Below, one piece after another: positions 63,453 through 64,000 of a stretch of DNA of 64,000 nucleotides (its first letter is position 1; every line of letters begins with the position of its first letter). The notes under the pieces are model-generated. The model made no database searches and was not told the DNA's origin. It saw only the letters and a program-made list of their open reading frames with translations. Origin of the DNA: Octopus sinensis (taxonomy: Eukaryota). The stretch lies in NCBI RefSeq assembly GCF_006345805.1, contig NC_043001.1, positions 40,734,001 to 40,798,000 of the forward strand, read 5' to 3'. The translations under genes were made by a program, and so were the position numbers.

Positions 63453-64000
63453 GAGGTTGCAAAGAACAAACACAAGTGAAACTATATAACTATATAATCA
63501 AATGGTATAAATAAAATAAAACACTTCTGGATTTATGAAAATGTAAAAGATGGGGTGGGGGAAAGTTATGTGAAAAATGACTATTTTAAAAGCATGAAAT
63601 TGAAGATTACATTGAAATTTCCTTGTTTTAAATCATACAATTCCATTAACAGTTGAAATGTGAGCAGAAGGATTTAGGAATAAACTGAACAAAGTATGCT
63701 TAATAGTCAACCTTGTGATATTTACAAGATCTGTGATGTTAAATACTGCTAATGATCAAATAACAAAGCCTATAATCTTTTATTCTCTAATGTTGCAAAT
63801 TTCCTTTTTAGAATTGAATGCATAATAGCCAGTGTCATCAGAGGAAATGGTCAGTTATTGAACAGAATTAAATTGTTACTAATTTTTTATGTATGGTACA
63901 TGTTGAAATTTTCTTGTATATAATACATGTCCATATAATTGTATTGTTGAAACATTATTTAACTATAGTACTACTGACATTATCTGGTATGGTTACAACA

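Overview
AT-rich, repeat-dense animal genomic DNA. The SINE, LINE and microsatellite landscape looks like an octopus (coleoid cephalopod); this is inferred from repeat style. The only host protein-coding sequence I can support is two short minus-strand exons of a beta-arrestin gene: 31474-31444 ((R)VFKKSSPNGQ) and 3653-3593 (ITAYLGKRDFIDHLSHIDPV). They are separated by a 27.8 kb intron. Exon 1 was not confidently found and exon 4 is not in the window, so nearly all of the window is arrestin intron. The introns contain tRNA-derived SINEs, RTE/Tx1/Jockey-like LINE fragments, a Penelope GIY-YIG fragment, mariner derivatives, piggyBac- and hAT-like MITEs, a probable solo LTR, a 5S rRNA orphon and many microsatellites. 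Nearly all supplied ORFs are microsatellite or transposon artefacts. The most unusual signals are: (i) a (TA)n-bounded, CpG-retaining element with a 56-bp tandem array carrying eight ATGACGT (CRE-like) motifs and repeated CCAAT boxes ahead of a TATA-like box; (ii) three long fold-back palindromes, each carrying a hammerhead-ribozyme-like core, plus a tRNA-head/hammerhead chimera next to a Penelope endonuclease, with the best-preserved cores antisense to arrestin; (iii) a 68-nt pre-miRNA-like hairpin. SINE and degenerate LINE boundaries are approximate.
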